Notes: a model not told the origin generated them from the sequence alone. Shown: positions 31,695 through 43,457, numbered from the stretch's first letter. The stretch is 64,000 nucleotides of DNA from Plasmodiophora brassicae (GCA_036867785.1 CP145411.1:1426001-1490000); one strand, 5' to 3'. Made by a program: numbers and translations.

Positions 31695-32666
31695 ATGTCG
31701 GCGCGTGCTGGTGGCACGCATGTGAACGTTCGCAGCCACGACGGGCGCGTGTGCAACATCGTCGTTGCATCCGGCACGATGGTGCTGGACGTCCGTCGGC
31801 GTATCGCCATGGAGATGGGCGTGCCGGCGGCGTCGAGGCACGCCATGAACATCGTGGTCGACAGCGGCGTGGGTCGTTCGCCCGTTACCGATGACCTGGC
31901 CACGCTGGGCGACCTGGCCGCCCGGTACTCGAATGCCAGGGCCTCCGCCTATCGGCTCACGTTCATCGTCGACAATTGCCACACACTGGCCCCCAAGCCT
32001 GCCTTCGACGTCGTCCGCATTCTGCAGCACTGGATGTCCCCGGCGATGCTGACCAAATCGCCCTACCGGGCCGCCATCGACGAGCTCCGCCAGATCACGG
32101 AACGCGTCGTCGAATCGAACGACGACACCCGTCACGCCCTGACGCCCGAACGCATGAACCGCGTCTTTGGGCGCGTCGCCCGCGGCCTGGAACTCGTCAA
32201 GAAGATCGGGTTCCAGGTGACGCCGGCCGCGTTCGTCCTGGACGGGAACGCGGATCGTCGCGTGGTCCGTGTAGCATTCGAGCACCTGAATCGTCAGCAG
32301 GCCAGGGTTCCGTCGCCTGTCCCGCGCCGGTCGGCGCTACGCGTGCGACGACGCCTGGAAGATCTGCTGACAATGTCGTACGAGGCGCTGGTCCGCCTAG
32401 AGGACGTTCGCGTCGGCCTGGACAGGGACCTGCTCGAAACGCTGCCGGTGCAGGTGATGGTCGATGACAGGGATGTCGAGCGGATGTCGCGCAGCGATCA
32501 TCCGGACTGTGGCATCTGCCTGGAGACGTTCGCCGTTGGCGATCGTGTCATGCGCTTGCCGTGCTTCCACACGTTCCACGAGCACTGTGCGACGACGTGG
32601 CTCGCCGGGTCCAAGAAGTGCCCTAACGACATGATCGAGATCACGGCCGACACCAAGTGCGACTAG
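31695..32666 (+). CDS. RING-H2 E3 ubiquitin ligase with possible ubiquitin-like and PUB-like N-terminal regions
   Basis: MSYEALVRLEDVRVGL followed by CGICLETFAVGDRVMRLPCFHTFHEHCATTWLAGSKKCPND. PUB-like segment VFGRVARGLELVKKIGF. Confidence 0.85.
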   Translation: MSARAGGTHVNVRSHDGRVCNIVVASGTMVLDVRRRIAMEMGVPAASRHAMNIVVDSGVGRSPVTDDLATLGDLAARYSNARASAYRLTFIVDNCHTLAPKPAFDVVRILQHWMSPAMLTKSPYRAAIDELRQITERVVESNDDTRHALTPERMNRVFGRVARGLELVKKIGFQVTPAAFVLDGNADRRVVRVAFEHLNRQQARVPSPVPRRSALRVRRRLEDLLTMSYEALVRLEDVRVGLDRDLLETLPVQVMVDDRDVERMSRSDHPDCGICLETFAVGDRVMRLPCFHTFHEHCATTWLAGSKKCPNDMIEITADTKCD

Positions 32667-32793
32667 GCCGTTTCGTCACATCCGACGACGTTGTGATATC
32701 CAAATACAGGCTTTACTCATCAATGATGTTCGCTCGTATGGGCCGGATCGGATCGCCTATTAAAAAAGTAGTACCCAGGTGAGCGTTGTCGCT

Positions 32794-33861
32794 ATGACGC
32801 GACGACGACTGGTCTTCTTGCTCGTGTTCACCCTGCTTGTAACCGCCTTGTTCAACATCCAGCTATTGCAGATCGCATCCGGAGATCATCATGGGGACGC
32901 GGCTGCTGCTGTGTCCAGCGAGGACACGGTTTGTGTGGAGAACCGGTTCGCGGGACGCCTCAAGCCATCGGCCGTTGTGACGATGGTTGTCGCGCCCAAA
33001 TCGCTGCGCCGAATGGGGCTATCGGAGAGCGATGCCAACCGTCTGCGGTTCGTCATGCAGACCTGGGTGACGGTGCCGGGCGCCAACTTTGTCGTCGTGT
33101 CGAACGACTGCCCACTGCTGAAACTCGCCGCCCAGTACGGCCTGTCGACGTTCAGGCTGGCAGGGAACACCACTGCCGCACTGGGCATCCCCGTTCGCCG
33201 TCTTCTCACCATCGCACAGAACGCTATCCCGGACGTGACACCTCTCGTCGGGTTCTGCAACAGCGACATCATGTTCGACGCGTCTCTGGAACGTACCCTG
33301 CGTGCCTTGATAGGGCACGCTGCCAAGCAACAATGGGACAACTTGTTCGTGACCGGCAGACGCATCAACGTTGACGGCGAACAGGTCGTCACTTCCGAAC
33401 GTTCCGTCGAGGAAAGGCTCGCGACGTTACTGGGAGACGTGCCTGCCAAAGGTCAGCTGTTCCAGGACGACGCCCAGGACTATTTCGTGCTCACGAGGAG
33501 TACGCCGCTGGTGTTCGCCTGTCTACCCAGGTTCGTTGTCGGCGGCATCGTGTTCGACAACTGGCTAACGGGGTTGGCGAACTCGCACCCGCTGGTGAAC
33601 TCGGTCGATGCAACGGCCACCCTGTCCGCGGTGCACATCAACCATGGGACGCACCGGCACGAATCCCAACAGTCGTTCCTGTCGAACATCAACAGGGGCG
33701 TACTGCTCGACAACCCGTACCGCCGAGGGCGCACGACAGATTGCCCCTGGCGAGTGGCACCGTCCGCAGGCGGCTCTGTTGCCGTTGTCCCAGGCGCCAT
33801 CCATCCACCCGACCGCATGGAACCGTTTACAAACTATGTCGCCTGCGCAGCGAAACGATAA
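32794..33861 (+). CDS. Type II membrane putative glycosyltransferase (GT-A-like), intronless
   Basis: MTRRRLVFLLVFTLLVTALF anchor. VGFCNSDIMF (DxD-like), VTGRRINV, AQDYFV, FVVGGIVFDNWL and VDATATL.AVH. Confidence 0.65.
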   Translation: MTRRRLVFLLVFTLLVTALFNIQLLQIASGDHHGDAAAAVSSEDTVCVENRFAGRLKPSAVVTMVVAPKSLRRMGLSESDANRLRFVMQTWVTVPGANFVVVSNDCPLLKLAAQYGLSTFRLAGNTTAALGIPVRRLLTIAQNAIPDVTPLVGFCNSDIMFDASLERTLRALIGHAAKQQWDNLFVTGRRINVDGEQVVTSERSVEERLATLLGDVPAKGQLFQDDAQDYFVLTRSTPLVFACLPRFVVGGIVFDNWLTGLANSHPLVNSVDATATLSAVHINHGTHRHESQQSFLSNINRGVLLDNPYRRGRTTDCPWRVAPSAGGSVAVVPGAIHPPDRMEPFTNYVACAAKR

Positions 33862-33864
33862 ACG

Positions 33865-35265
33865 CTAGCCAATCGATCGTGCCTGTGGACGCAGCGTAAA
33901 CGACTTAGAGGGATACACAGCCGAAACGTGCGCGCGCGTAACCTGCTGGTCGAGCACGGCGAATCGCTCGCGGCAGGCGCATCCCGTCAGGGCGGGCTCC
34001 ACGGCGAACCGTCGCTGCAGGACCGTGGCGACGCGTTCGAAATCATACAGGAGCCGACGGACGGTCACCTGCAGCTCCTGATCCATCTCATGCGTCCACC
34101 CGTCAACCGCCGCTGCAGGCTCCGCCACGCTCCCGTCCGCTCCTTCGCTGGGTGCTCGACGGGCATCGCCTTCATCGGCGTCGTCATTCTCAGGCGCTGC
34201 ACCTGGCTCGTCGACAGCTGGAGCATCGTTCGCAGGGGCAACGACCGCTGGAAGTGGTTTCGGGCTGTGTGCGGCGACCTCGGCAGCGGCAGCAACAGGT
34301 GCTTCGTCTGCCTTGCCTTCTGTCGTGTCGTCATCGTCGTCGTTCCGCGTTTCGTAGGGCGTCGCCGGGTACGTCACAACGAGCGACGTCATGTTGGACT
34401 CGGTGATGTGCAGGCGTGCGTCCTCGCGCCGCTCTTCCTGGGTGTCGTCCTGCTCCAGGGCCTTGCGCTGCTTCCAGGCTCTGAGCCTGGCCTGGTACCG
34501 CAGCTGGGCGCTGACGGCCTCTTCCGGACTACGTTGCTTCTCCTCTGCGATCTTACGACGCTCGTCGCGCTCTCCGTCCGCTCCGTTCGTCATCCAGGCC
34601 GCCACGATTCGCCGTTCTTCGTCAAAGACGGGTCGATCGTCGAGGAACGTCAGAGTCTGGATTCGCCCAATGACGGTCTTTCGGTAATGGCGCATGCTGG
34701 AGAGGAAAGGGTTGCCCTTAAGGTACAGGCAGGCGAGCGCCGGCATGGACGTCAGAATGTCCAGCACGGCAACGTCGCTCAACGCGTTCTTCGACAGGTC
34801 CAAGGTGGAGATCGACGTGCACTTCAGCAGGTGGGAGATGCTTTCGACGGAGGATAACTTGTTATCGGCGACGTTGAGCGTGTTGAGGGATTTCAGGTGG
34901 TCGAGCCCACTGATTTGCTCGATGAGGTTGCCTTGCAGGTTCAGCGTGATCAAGTTCAGGTTGCGGTCCAGGTTGCTGATCTGCCGGATGCAATTCTGCT
35001 GCAGGTACAGGCAGCGCAGGTCGCGCATATGCTCGATGTTCTCGATCGATTCGATGGCGTTGTTCTCCAGGAACAGGGCGCGGACGTTTGTATACGCCGA
35101 CAGCGACTCGATGCGACGGAAGCAACGGAAATGCAGGAACAGGCGGTCGTTCAGTTCCGGGGTGGAATACAGGCCTTTCTCCAGGCACATCTTCTGAACC
35201 GTGCGAGCGTCCATTCGTGGGCCATCGAACGACGTCCCGTCGCCATCGCTGACCGGCACTACCAT
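33865..35265 (-). CDS. DNAAF1: Dynein axonemal assembly factor 1 (LRRC50/ODA7)
   Basis: LYSTPELNDRLFLHFRCFRRIESL, SDS22-type LRRs and LRRcap YRKTVIGRIQTLTFLDDRPVFDEERR. Confidence 0.92.
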   Translation of the reverse strand: MVVPVSDGDGTSFDGPRMDARTVQKMCLEKGLYSTPELNDRLFLHFRCFRRIESLSAYTNVRALFLENNAIESIENIEHMRDLRCLYLQQNCIRQISNLDRNLNLITLNLQGNLIEQISGLDHLKSLNTLNVADNKLSSVESISHLLKCTSISTLDLSKNALSDVAVLDILTSMPALACLYLKGNPFLSSMRHYRKTVIGRIQTLTFLDDRPVFDEERRIVAAWMTNGADGERDERRKIAEEKQRSPEEAVSAQLRYQARLRAWKQRKALEQDDTQEERREDARLHITESNMTSLVVTYPATPYETRNDDDDDTTEGKADEAPVAAAAEVAAHSPKPLPAVVAPANDAPAVDEPGAAPENDDADEGDARRAPSEGADGSVAEPAAAVDGWTHEMDQELQVTVRRLLYDFERVATVLQRRFAVEPALTGCACRERFAVLDQQVTRAHVSAVYPSKSFTLRPQARSIG

Positions 35266-35367
35266 TATAGCGAGTATGGAGCGTCACAAGCAGCCTGTCC
35301 AACAGCCAGTCACGACGAAGGCTGCGACTGATGACGATGATGCTCTTTAGAGAAACGTATGCAGCAA

Positions 35368-36922
35368 TCAGAGCCTTGGTACGGGTGGCTGGAGCAGGAG
35401 TTCATTGTCGACCGGACCGAAGAACGATGTGACGAGGGATTCGGGGACGTCGGATACACGCGCATGCTGCCACTTTGGTCGCTTGTCCTTGTCGATCAGT
35501 GCGGCGCGAACGCCTTCGTAGAAGTCGGGGCTGTCGAGGAAGTGTCGCGCGAGCCGGTACTCCATCTGGAAGCACTGCTCCAGGCTGAGGTGCTTGCCGG
35601 CTCGGATCGCCTTGAACGCCACCTTGAGGCTTAACGGGCACATCTGCTCGAGCTTGTCGACGACGGCCTGGCCGAACTGCGTTCCAGTGCTCTTGAGCTC
35701 GTCGATGATAGCCTCGACTGAGCTCTTCGAGAAGCACTGGTCGATCACCGGTTGCATGGCCAGGAACCCTTGGCTGGGCGGCTCTGGGTAATGCCGCTCC
35801 CGAATGGCGTAGTTCACCGAACCCGGATCCGGTTGAAGCTCCTGAATACGATCCAGGATAGTCGGAATCAGGTGGGACGGGACGAAATGAGTCGCTATGC
35901 CCGCGTGGAACACATCGGCACCCTTCAAAGACGCCCCGGTTCTAGGGACCGCTGATTAGATGCTTGGCAAGATGCCGTACAATAACGCAGCCTACAATGC
36001 CAAATACACGCCTAGCTGGCCTTTCAGACGGGGAAGGAAGTAGCTGGCGCCGACATCAGGGAACAGGCCGATCGCAGTCTCTGTTTACGTGCATTAGCTA
36101 AGGCTTGATGCGAATAATCAATGAACTGGTCACCTGGCATCGCCCAGACCGTGTTCTCGGTCGCAATGCGAAACCGTCCAGGCAACGATATTCCAACGCC
36201 ACCGCCCACTGCAACCGTTTCAGTGAACTGAGATGCCGAACGCTTAAAACGTTGTACAAACTTGTTATTCCATCCATGACGGCAACGTAGTTCTTCTGCA
36301 TGGTCGCAATCAGGTGATTCATGCGATACTCGCGACGGAAGAACGTTTGCCCCATTTGCGTGTTCCCATCTGCGCGTCAGTTCCATGAGCAGACTGGCAG
36401 GATCGATCGCGCATCAGGTTTGCATGAACCTTTCTGCTTCGCAAGGGTCAATGCCTTGACATCTCCGCCAGCACAGTACGCTTTCCCGCCAGCTCCCCGA
36501 ACAACAACGTGGTACACTCCTGCAAGGTCTTCCGCTTTCTGGTAAGAAGAGCGTCATTACTGCAATGGTTGTGCACACACAGCCAGTGTTCCGGACTTGC
36601 CTTGAGGTTGGCGTATAACCGATCGATCATATCTGTCGTCAGGCTGTTCAGGGCTTTCGGCCTGTTCAGAGTCACAAACAACCCGCCGCCGTTCCTCACG
36701 AACGTGATCTCTTCCTACAAAATAGCGTTTCATCCTGGTCCCGGAAACACGATTCAATCGACCCACATCGGATTTCGGGTCCGGAAGCGGGAGCACGGGA
36801 ATCTTCGTCTCCGACGACGACATCATGCGATAGAACGCAAACCTGCCACGAGCTTCAGCGCCCCGGTCCACCCATCGACCCACATCGACCTACCGTGGAC
36901 GTCGTAGGACCCCGTACCGCAT
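35368..36922 (-). CDS. HIBCH: Mitochondrial 3-hydroxyisobutyryl-CoA hydrolase (multi-exon)
   Basis: [63 protein letters not shown] and [19 protein letters not shown]. Confidence 0.93.
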
Positions 36923-37350
36923 CCGGAAATCGTCGCTATGGCGGAGTGTGCGCCGACAAACTTATCCCCAAACGACCTGCGCAGGTGACCTCCAGGGGAT
37001 TCCAGTGAACATCCTCCTGGGCACGTCTGGGCGGCAGCACTCTCAAAGCCAAACGAATCGTTCCAGTGACCGCAAAGGGAGGTGCAGTTTCCAGCTGGGC
37101 GCCGTGCAGCTTCTAGCTGTGCGCAGTGTAGCTCCTAGTTGAGCGCAATGCAGCGTCGAGGCGTGCGCACAGTACGTGGCAGTACGGCGAAAACGAAAGG
37201 CGCTGCTTTACAGACTGTTTGAATGACTTCAGGTTCGCAGCAGGGTAGAGAGTTTTCGAGCACATAGCCACATGGCCGAACGAGTTGGTGGAATGCTATT
37301 TCTAGACATGGTGCTAAATTTGCTCTGGTTGACCACTGAGACGGCGCACA

Positions 37351-38202
37351 ATGGTCGTGGGCGGTGATGGCCGACAACGGTCGCTTCGCAACGCAATTCG
37401 ATGGACGCCCGGGCAGTCGTTCCTGAACCGAGCGTTGCTGTTCCAGGTGGTTGCCATTCTGCTGTTCGTGTTCCACAAGGTCCTCCACCGGTATGCTGTC
37501 CGAATGGGCCTGAATAACATCCTGTGGACTGGCGTCGTCCTGCGGATCGTGTGTGTGGCATTCTGGATCGTGCACGTCATTCACCGTCTGTTCTACTCGA
37601 CGAAGACGTACATGTCGTTGAAGTACGGGTCTGTGTCGACGGCGCAGGCGAACAGCCTTATGAAACGGTACGCCATGTCGGCCCCAGTCATGGCGATCTC
37701 GATAACGGCGAAGCTGAACAATGGCGACACGGGCGTCCTGTTCAGGTCGTTCTCCTACGACCATTGGGACAACGTCACCATGATTGACGAGGACTTGCAA
37801 TGGCCCGACGGGTTCTCCATCGTGCATATCGTCGAGAGCATTGAGCCCGGCAATTCGTACACGAAGACCAGGCTGGAAGTGCAGCGGTCACGAGCCGAGA
37901 TTGCATTTCGCCGGCAATACGGCAATCGGTTCACGATCGACGAAGAGGTGCAACAGTTCTGTGCACCCTTAGACGAAACGCGGTGTTTTGTTGTCAAAGG
38001 TAGGAACGCGACCGTCACGCCGATCTACCTGACGCCGTGGTTCTACTTGGCGGTCGCCGTCGTGGGCCTGTCTGCCATTTGGGAACTGGTGCTGCAATGC
38101 CTGGCCAATAAGCTAGAAGTAGACGTTTGCAAACGAATCTACATCGACGAGCCGCCACCCAAGCAGTTCGTCATGCCTGTCAAAGTGTCCCCTGCGTCAT
38201 GA
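37351..38202 (+). CDS. TMEM151-like membrane protein
   Basis: Two N-terminal TMs, then STKTYMSL...SAPVMAISI...FSYDHWDNV, and C-terminal PIYLTPWFYLAVAVVGLSAIW...KRI. This layout recalls TMEM151. Confidence 0.55.
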   Translation: MVVGGDGRQRSLRNAIRWTPGQSFLNRALLFQVVAILLFVFHKVLHRYAVRMGLNNILWTGVVLRIVCVAFWIVHVIHRLFYSTKTYMSLKYGSVSTAQANSLMKRYAMSAPVMAISITAKLNNGDTGVLFRSFSYDHWDNVTMIDEDLQWPDGFSIVHIVESIEPGNSYTKTRLEVQRSRAEIAFRRQYGNRFTIDEEVQQFCAPLDETRCFVVKGRNATVTPIYLTPWFYLAVAVVGLSAIWELVLQCLANKLEVDVCKRIYIDEPPPKQFVMPVKVSPAS

Positions 38203-38341
38203 TATTGTAAACCTAAGTATTCTCTTGAGGACACCTGTCGCCTGTCGTCGTTGCAGCACACATTCTCGCTGACGTGCGGGTTGTAATCATGTGGGAGAAG
38301 TGAGCCAACGGACGATAATTATATATTAGCCGGACGTGATG

Positions 38342-40970
38342 TTAAGGAGGCAATCGTTGAGGAGGCCGGGCTGGCGCCCTCGTTGACGCGACAACAGGGC
38401 GTTGGCGCTGTGATACGGATTTGGCAATCCATGATGGACTGGCCGGCGGAGGAGACTGAGGCGGCAACGCAGGATTCTGCCCTTGCAAATGAATTCGAGC
38501 TTGCAGCAGCGTCGACTGAACAACGGCTTAAGATTACGGCACTCGACAACGAACGTGAATGCTTACCTCGATCAAATCAGGAGCGTGGGGAGCGTTTCCA
38601 GGCACTTGTTGATGACCAGCAAAGTTTGCGATTGCGTGCTGGGGCGACGAAGACACAACAGTGTTGGACGGCGTTTGATGGACTTGAGCATGGATCGGGA
38701 CAGGTGGGCTTTGCTGGTGAGAGGCAGTTGGTGCTCCTGTTGGGGTTGGTGGATACGATTGTGACGAGCGCGGTCCAGCACCAACAGGCCATACAGCGGG
38801 AGACTGAATGAAGGCAATCATTCACCCCCAGGTCTCAGTTACGATACGTTGCACTGACATTGGCTGCCGGATGTCGTGTCTTCGTGGGTGCGGCTGGTGC
38901 ACCGGCTTCATGCTTAACCGGCCCATTTCTGGCCCAGGATTGTCCATGAGACTCCTGTCCCGGCAACGTCAGCACGCGATTGTGCTGCGGTGGGGTTGGA
39001 TTTGTCGGGTCCTTGTCATGGAGCATTATCCGCCCTTCACGCTGCGATTGAGTGATATACGCGGAGACGAACTTTGCCGTCATCTCGTAGTTGCCAATGT
39101 TGAACCTAACAGGTATAATGGGAAACGGCTGGCACGATGAGCGGAACAGCAAACCTGAGAATGTCGGGCTTCTTATCGCCTTCGGACGTGATCTTCAATA
39201 TGCCTTCGTATGTTCCAGAGCTGACAGGCGGATCGGGTACACCAAGACGACAAGGTCGAGAGAATATGAAGAGGTCGTGCATTTGTCGCATATCTGCCGA
39301 GCATGATCAGTGAAATCTCAAATGGAACAGGCAATGGAGCCGCCGACTTCTTTGTGCGAAGAACCGCAGCGACCGAACATCGCCGGGCCTGGGCACAGAC
39401 ACATTGACATGGCGGGCATTTGGTGTGTGCAACTTTGCCTTGGACTGAATCGTCAATCGCGTCGCCCCACCGCTAACAGCGGCCTGTTGGAGATGTGGGC
39501 ATTAGATCGTCGCATGGTACGTCAACCGTTGGTGAACCTACTGCAACATCGGGTGGCATATTGGGGCTGAACAGCGTACTGCGAGCAAGCGGATCGTTCG
39601 CTAGCGTGTTTCGAGCGTGGGCGCAGGCACCCGCTGGCGTATGATAAGCGAACGTAGCGCAACGGAGCAGCGTCTCAGCAGCGGGAGTGAGGGGACGGGC
39701 TCCTGGACGACATTTGAAACCATCCCACTGGAAGGCCTTCGACGATGCTGCCTCGATGTTTGGGATGCCGTCCTGCAGGATTTCATCGCGTCGCTCCCTC
39801 TTCGCCATGCAGCGCGCGATCTGTTCCGTGGACAAACGGGCGGCATTGTGCTGGTTCAGGTTATAGTTCATGATGCTCGCCACCTGCAGTACTCTGATGC
39901 TGGGATCGAGACAGATGCGTGGCGCGTTTGCTCTCAGAATCCTCATGTCCAGACCGATTTTGAGATCATCAAGCTCAGACTCGTCAACCTTGTTCAAAAG
40001 CTTGATATCGCAGAGTCGGTCGACATCACCGCTGACGGTTTCCGCGGTCGGCTTCAAGAGGATGCGCTTCACGGTCGGCTGTGGGTTGAATTCCGACATT
40101 TCTCTGTAATCGACAAGTTCCAGAATGAGATACCCATCGTAGAACGACCACGTCTTCGCGTGCCGCAACAGCTCTGATATGTAAGGGGGCAGGATACCGT
40201 TGTCGATTGCAGTAAGAAATTGCTGCACGTGCAACCGGTCAGCAACACGTCTTCCGCAACAACGGTGCACGCGTGCCGCTTACTTTCGAGTGCCGATTGT
40301 ACTCGTGCCACTGGGTCGATTCCGTGCCGAGGGAGAACCCTTTCTGAAACAAGTGCAGAGCGGTCGCCGGCTTGAAGTCGGTGAGCTTCTCGATCGCGCA
40401 CCCACCTCGAAAGTACATCCGAATGTCTACCGACGAGCAATCAGACGGGGAAACAGTCGCCAGCGAAGCAGTGACTGACTCTTGTCAGCCTTGGGAAAGC
40501 TGAGCTTCAGCATTTCATCGTACAACTGCTTTCGCAGTGAAGGTTCACCTTGCATGCTCTCATCTCGATTCTGCCTGCAGGTCAGCACTGGGCGGTCCGC
40601 ACGGGCAAACCCCATTCCCCACCTTCTCTTGAGCAATAAGGCGTCTGGTTATGGTATCGCGAGAATGTTTCAAATATCGGTACAGATTGACCGGCGTAAA
40701 CATGGCCCTGGGGTCCTTCGGGATCAGGTCGTCAATCGTTGCAACAGCCCGTTGAGGTCGCGGTGGACGACTGCTAGGCCCGAAAACGACTGGCTCTGGT
40801 ATCGGCGGTGCTGATCCGACACGATCTCTGGACAGCCATCTCCGCCTCCGTTTCCTTTGCTGGGCATCACCGTGCGCCGTTCCAGCCGGCCGCTTTCCCA
40901 GCAAGAAGGCGATGCGAGCCCGCTCGGCAGGCAGCATTGCGGGATCGGTCGCGGGGGCGACCTTGTCCAT
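38342..40970 (-). CDS. SPT20: SAGA complex subunit Spt20 family protein (multi-exon)
   Basis: FLTAIDNGILP...FYDGYLILELVDYR...KRILLKPTAETV...APRICLDPS is the Spt20 domain. Downstream exons (YEGILKI; RFNIGN...QREGR) and a Pro/Gln-rich tail end at TAA 38342-38344. Confidence 0.8.
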
Positions 40971-41664
40971 ATGCACCCGCTCACACAGCGGCCACCGGCT
41001 TCCTTAGTCGCTGGTCAGTGCCAGCGGACGGTAGACGACTTGGCCCACGTCGGAAATCGCTCTCGACCCTGCCGGCAAAAAACAGCCGTCACGCAGGTTG
41101 GCGACGCACTTTGCCGTTGCATGAACGTGCTGGTCACCCAGTACGTACACACACGCACACAGACGAGCGACGCGGTAGCCGCTGCAAGTTATCCTGCAGC
41201 CAACCCGCCGCGGTAACTTGGTTATGCAAATATGCGAGAATGGCGCCAGGGCTGTATTTATGCGCACAGGAAAACGAAGGGTACTCCGGGGAGCGGCGCC
41301 CTTCTTGGATCATTGCGCCTTTCAGTGCATCGAGGTCGAGACGCTGTGGTGGCTGCACTGCCCGTTCCTCGCGCATATGAAGCGGTTGTGCCGCGATCCA
41401 TGCTACCCGCTGTAGCAATTAGTTCGTCTCGTGTGCAACGTACTCGGGAGGTATTAACTACTTGACTCTTCCTTGTGGACATTCTGCAAACCGACGGAAG
41501 CTGCGCCAGCGCGATTCCATTCAAGCAGTACAATATAAGTAGGACGTCGTGTGATCCATTGTATCACTGGTCCACTGCGAGGGAAAGGTATGGATACACG
41601 CAGGATTTGCGCCCGCAGTTTCTGAGGTGCGTGGCTGCTTGCTGCCTGGTCGTCACAAGCAGAC

Positions 41665-41949
41665 ATGTCGTCCCGGGATGAGGTCCACGACGAAGACGCG
41701 GCGTCGTTTGCGCGTCACAAGGAGATGTTCGACGAGATTGTGAAGAAGTACGAGCTCCATACGGAGGAGATGAGTGGGAGAATTGCCGATTTCCTGACGC
41801 AGCCGCGCTCGGACGGGTCGACGTCCATTACAGCCGACGGGTTCGCCGCTGAGTTCGACATGACGCCTGGCGACGCGTTCGTTTTCCTGTCCTGGATCAA
41901 CGTTGGCGTACAGTATAAGACCAAGTTTATGTCGTCGCTACCACAATGA
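41665..41949 (+). CDS. Small hypothetical protein (94 aa)
   Basis: Clean ATG-TGA ORF with gene-like codon usage and globular composition (FAAEFDMTPGDAFVFLSWINVG). Confidence 0.6.
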   Translation: MSSRDEVHDEDAASFARHKEMFDEIVKKYELHTEEMSGRIADFLTQPRSDGSTSITADGFAAEFDMTPGDAFVFLSWINVGVQYKTKFMSSLPQ

Positions 41950-42897
41950 TTCGTTATATACACTGTCTTGACGACGTGGTTTGGGATCTGTCTGTTTCAC
42001 GACAGATCGCCCGTGACAACCCTGGTACTTCGACATATACTGAACCAGGCTCTGCGGTTCTGTTCACGACCTTTGCCCGGGCATTAGGTAGTTCCTGGGC
42101 CTGCGGTTTCACTGAACAGGGTGATGAATCAACGTACTTGTCACTCATGCCTCATCGGGCATCACGGCTGGCCATTCGTTGTTGATAGGCGATCGATTCA
42201 GCACAGGTGACGTTTGTCAACTTATGTTGCTGGGAACAACGACTGTTGAACCGAGGGCGCCTGTTGTTACGAACAGGAGGGAAATTTTTTATAGTTCCGC
42301 GGTACGACGCGAGGTTTTCAAGTGATCATACCAATCCACGGCAGCGGTCAAGATCAACACTTTCAAAATTCAACGGGCCGCGCGCGCCGCATCTCGGCGG
42401 CGCAGCTTGCGAGCTACCTGAGCGTTAGAGGCTCGGACGATGGGTCCATGCGACATAGTCGATCCGTGCGACATTGACGCACGGGAAGATTGCGCGCACC
42501 GGTCAACAATCGAAACGATTCAGCTCCCTTCCGATGACGGCGAAACTGGGCATTCCGATGATGACGATGAGCTCCACAATGTGGTTGTGAAACCGTTCAC
42601 GAAGACATGCACGAGCCTGGGGGATTTCGCCGAAAAGCAACGTGATGGTCACACTGCGGCGTATACGTGTTGCATTATTTGCACTCTATCCTCCACGAGC
42701 GTGTTTGTCAAGTCGATACCCAACACATGCCTCTCCTCCGGTTGCGGTATTCATCCCAGGAATGTTACGGAACATATAATACAATAGTGTTCTGGCTCTC
42801 TTCACCTTGTGGTATGGCGAAGCAACGTGCGCTGACTTCGAGGCACGATCCCCACAGGATGTCCGAAGCTGGACATCACTCACATCGCGGAGTGCGC

Positions 42898-43457
42898 ATG
42901 CAGTCAGCCCTGTCTGCCGTTGTTCGCGTTCAGGTAAGCCCGACCCAGCGGTCGCGTCTCCGTCATGCCAGCGTTATAGTCGTAACAGGCTGCGTTCAGG
43001 TGTCATCTGTACTGAACAGGGACACGGCGTCATATGGAAAGCAGCATCTCGTTGACCGCAATGATCAGACGTGCTGGAATTCCGATCAAGGCCTGCCACA
43101 GTCGATAACCGTGACCATGTCTCATCCAGTCGACATTTGCGGCGTTCGCATTGTGTTTCAGGGTGGTTTCGTCGGATCCAGGCTTCAGGCTTGGGTGAAG
43201 TCTTGCGGATCCGACACCTTCGCTCTCCAAAAGGAATTCGACGCTGAGGATCGCAACGGTAATTACCTGGGACCATGTGTCTATAGTATTTGGTTTGCCG
43301 ACCTGCTTCCTGTATAGGCCCACAAGACTTTCTGTTCGACGTGGCAGCTGTCGAGCGGATCAAGATCGTTTTCACCCAGAGCAGTGACTTCTTTGGTCGA
43401 ATCACAATCTACCATCTCGATATCCTTACAAGCACACCACCAACGGAACCAGCGTAG
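42898..43457 (+). CDS. NR2C2AP: Nuclear receptor 2C2-associated protein (discoidin/galactose-binding fold), 3 exons
   Basis: VSSVLNRD..SYGKQHL.D....TCWNSDQGLPQ, FQGGFVG and IVFTQSSDFFGRITIYHLDI. Confidence 0.9.

Noticed and set aside
41121-41630. Possible spliced gene between Spt20 and the 94-aa ORF
   Set aside because: Splice-like signals exist but I could not assemble a convincing frame or family.
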